Both the position numbers and the translations under genes were made by a program. 20,284 nt of DNA from an uncultured Spirochaetota bacterium. Its GTDB lineage: Bacteria > Spirochaetota > Spirochaetia > SZUA-6 > Fen-1364. The stretch covers positions 1 through 20,284 of the forward strand of contig CAVUXE010000070.1 of NCBI GenBank assembly GCA_963745235.1, in the 5' to 3' direction. Under the pieces are notes generated by a model, which made no database searches, was not told where the DNA came from, and saw only the letters and a list, made by a program, of their open reading frames with translations. Positions 19,072 to 20,284 of this stretch are shown piece after piece; within the stretch, counting starts at the first letter, position 1, and each line of letters opens with the position of its first letter.

Positions 19072-19133
19072 CGAAGGCAATATGTCGTCTGGTCAGTGAG
19101 TTGGCTAAGCGCGTGAACACAGGAGGTTTTTCG

Positions 19134-19946
19134 ATGAATGGAAATTGGACTGAGCAGGTCTTTGGCTGTAAGAAGCCGATAATCGCGATGTGTCACTTCG
19201 GCGCTCTGCCGGGTGATCCATCTTTTGACAAGAAGGGTGGGATGGCTGGAGTACTGGAATGGGCGCGGAAAGATCTGGCGGCGCTGCAGAAGGGCGGCGT
19301 CGATGCCGTGATGTTCTCCAACGAGTTCAGCCTACCCTATTTGACGCGTGTAGATACCGTAACGGTGGCGAGCATGGCCCGCCTGATCGGTGAGCTGAAA
19401 GCTGATATCCGCGTACCATTCGGTGTGAACGTCCTGTGGGATCCGATCGCGTCACTCGACCTCGCCGTGGCGACAGGGGCGAAGTTCATACGGGAAATTT
19501 TCACCGGAGTCTATGCAAGTGATTTCGGCCTCTGGAACACCAATTATGGCGCCACGGCGCGACATCAGAAGGCAATCTGCGCAGACGAAGTCAGGCTGCT
19601 GTTCAACATCGTTCCGGAAGCGGCGCGATATATGGCGGACCGGGACATCGCGGACATCGCCCGGTCAACGGTATTCAACGCTCGTCCGGACGCCCTGTGC
19701 GTGTCGGGACTGACTGCGGGCGCTCCAACCGCCGTTCGGACCGTCAAGGAAGTCAAGGAAGCGGTTGGAGATACGATCGTGTTCTCCAATACGGGCGTAA
19801 AGCTGGAGAATGTCGAAGAACAGCTGATGGTCGCTGACGGGGCAGTCGTCGGCACCACCTTCAAACAGGGCGGGACTTTCGAGAATCATGTCGACGAAGA
19901 GCGTGTCCGAGCGCTCATGAAAAAAGTGCGAGAGCTTCGTCAATAG
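19134..19946 (+). CDS. sgcQ: BtpA/SgcQ family TIM-barrel protein
   Basis: KPIIAMCHFGALPGDP, LQKGGVDAVMFSNEFSLPY, PFGVNVLWD, FIREIFTGVYASDFG, DALCVSGLTAG, NTGV, ADGAVVGT. Start moved to ATG 19134, which has an AGGAGG RBS. Confidence 0.92.
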   Translation: MNGNWTEQVFGCKKPIIAMCHFGALPGDPSFDKKGGMAGVLEWARKDLAALQKGGVDAVMFSNEFSLPYLTRVDTVTVASMARLIGELKADIRVPFGVNVLWDPIASLDLAVATGAKFIREIFTGVYASDFGLWNTNYGATARHQKAICADEVRLLFNIVPEAARYMADRDIADIARSTVFNARPDALCVSGLTAGAPTAVRTVKEVKEAVGDTIVFSNTGVKLENVEEQLMVADGAVVGTTFKQGGTFENHVDEERVRALMKKVRELRQ

Positions 19947-20284
19947 GCGAGGTCCCAAGCCCCACCCCCCTCACCAGCCTTTGCGAGTTTGCGAGGCGCT
20001 CCTCAGTTGGGTCCTAAGCGCATGACCAAAGTTATGTCTGGAGTTACCGAACAACCTCTATCTAAACCCCGCCAGCGGCCCAAGTCGCGCGATGTCTCGT
20101 CAGCGAACCCTCTTACGTTTGCCTTTGGAGTTAAAGCCCAGCAGACTGGCGTTCTGGTAGCAGGACTTTCCTCCCGGTTTCAGGCTATTCAACGATCTCT
20201 TACAGTACGACGACGACCCTCCTGAATGGTACGACTGTCGGAAGCAATGGAGTTTCGGAATCGTTCACGCTACTAGTGTTCCGT

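Noticed and set aside
19068-19133. Longer start for SgcQ overlapping the deoR stop
   Set aside because: AGGAGG precedes ATG 19134 and family resemblance begins there.
19947-20284. 78-aa ORF 19989..20225 and downstream sequence
   Set aside because: No RBS, motif, tRNA or clear terminator recognised.

Overview
Bacterial accessory DNA, possibly from Spirochaetota (inferred from an 'LLFAGGAKE'-type signal motif). Two sugar-utilisation loci of different base composition are joined at a tyrosine recombinase gene. (1) 1-1070: decayed mobile-element debris, namely a DUF4238-like 5' fragment, an attC-like hairpin and a tyrosine-recombinase C-terminal remnant. (2) 1209-8203, GC-rich: a LacI regulator convergent on a minus-strand operon (sugar-binding protein, ATPase, two permeases, phosphomannose-isomerase-like cupin) with a sigma70-type promoter and a perfect LacI-type operator. 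(3) 8530-9794: an intact XerC/D-like recombinase with its own promoter, followed by a 13-5-13 inverted repeat resembling a recombination site. (4) 9915-19946, mostly lower GC: a minus-strand operon (LsrB/RhaS-like binding protein, ATPase, two permeases, M29 aminopeptidase-like hydrolase, FGGY kinase) divergent from a DeoR regulator and a BtpA/SgcQ protein. Locus 4 looks like an ABC-plus-kinase analogue of the uncharacterised E. coli sgc (PTS) operon and is the best candidate for an undescribed catabolic system. Many genes carry small frameshifts, most simply explained as long-read errors. All family calls are by-eye motif recognition; no searches were run.
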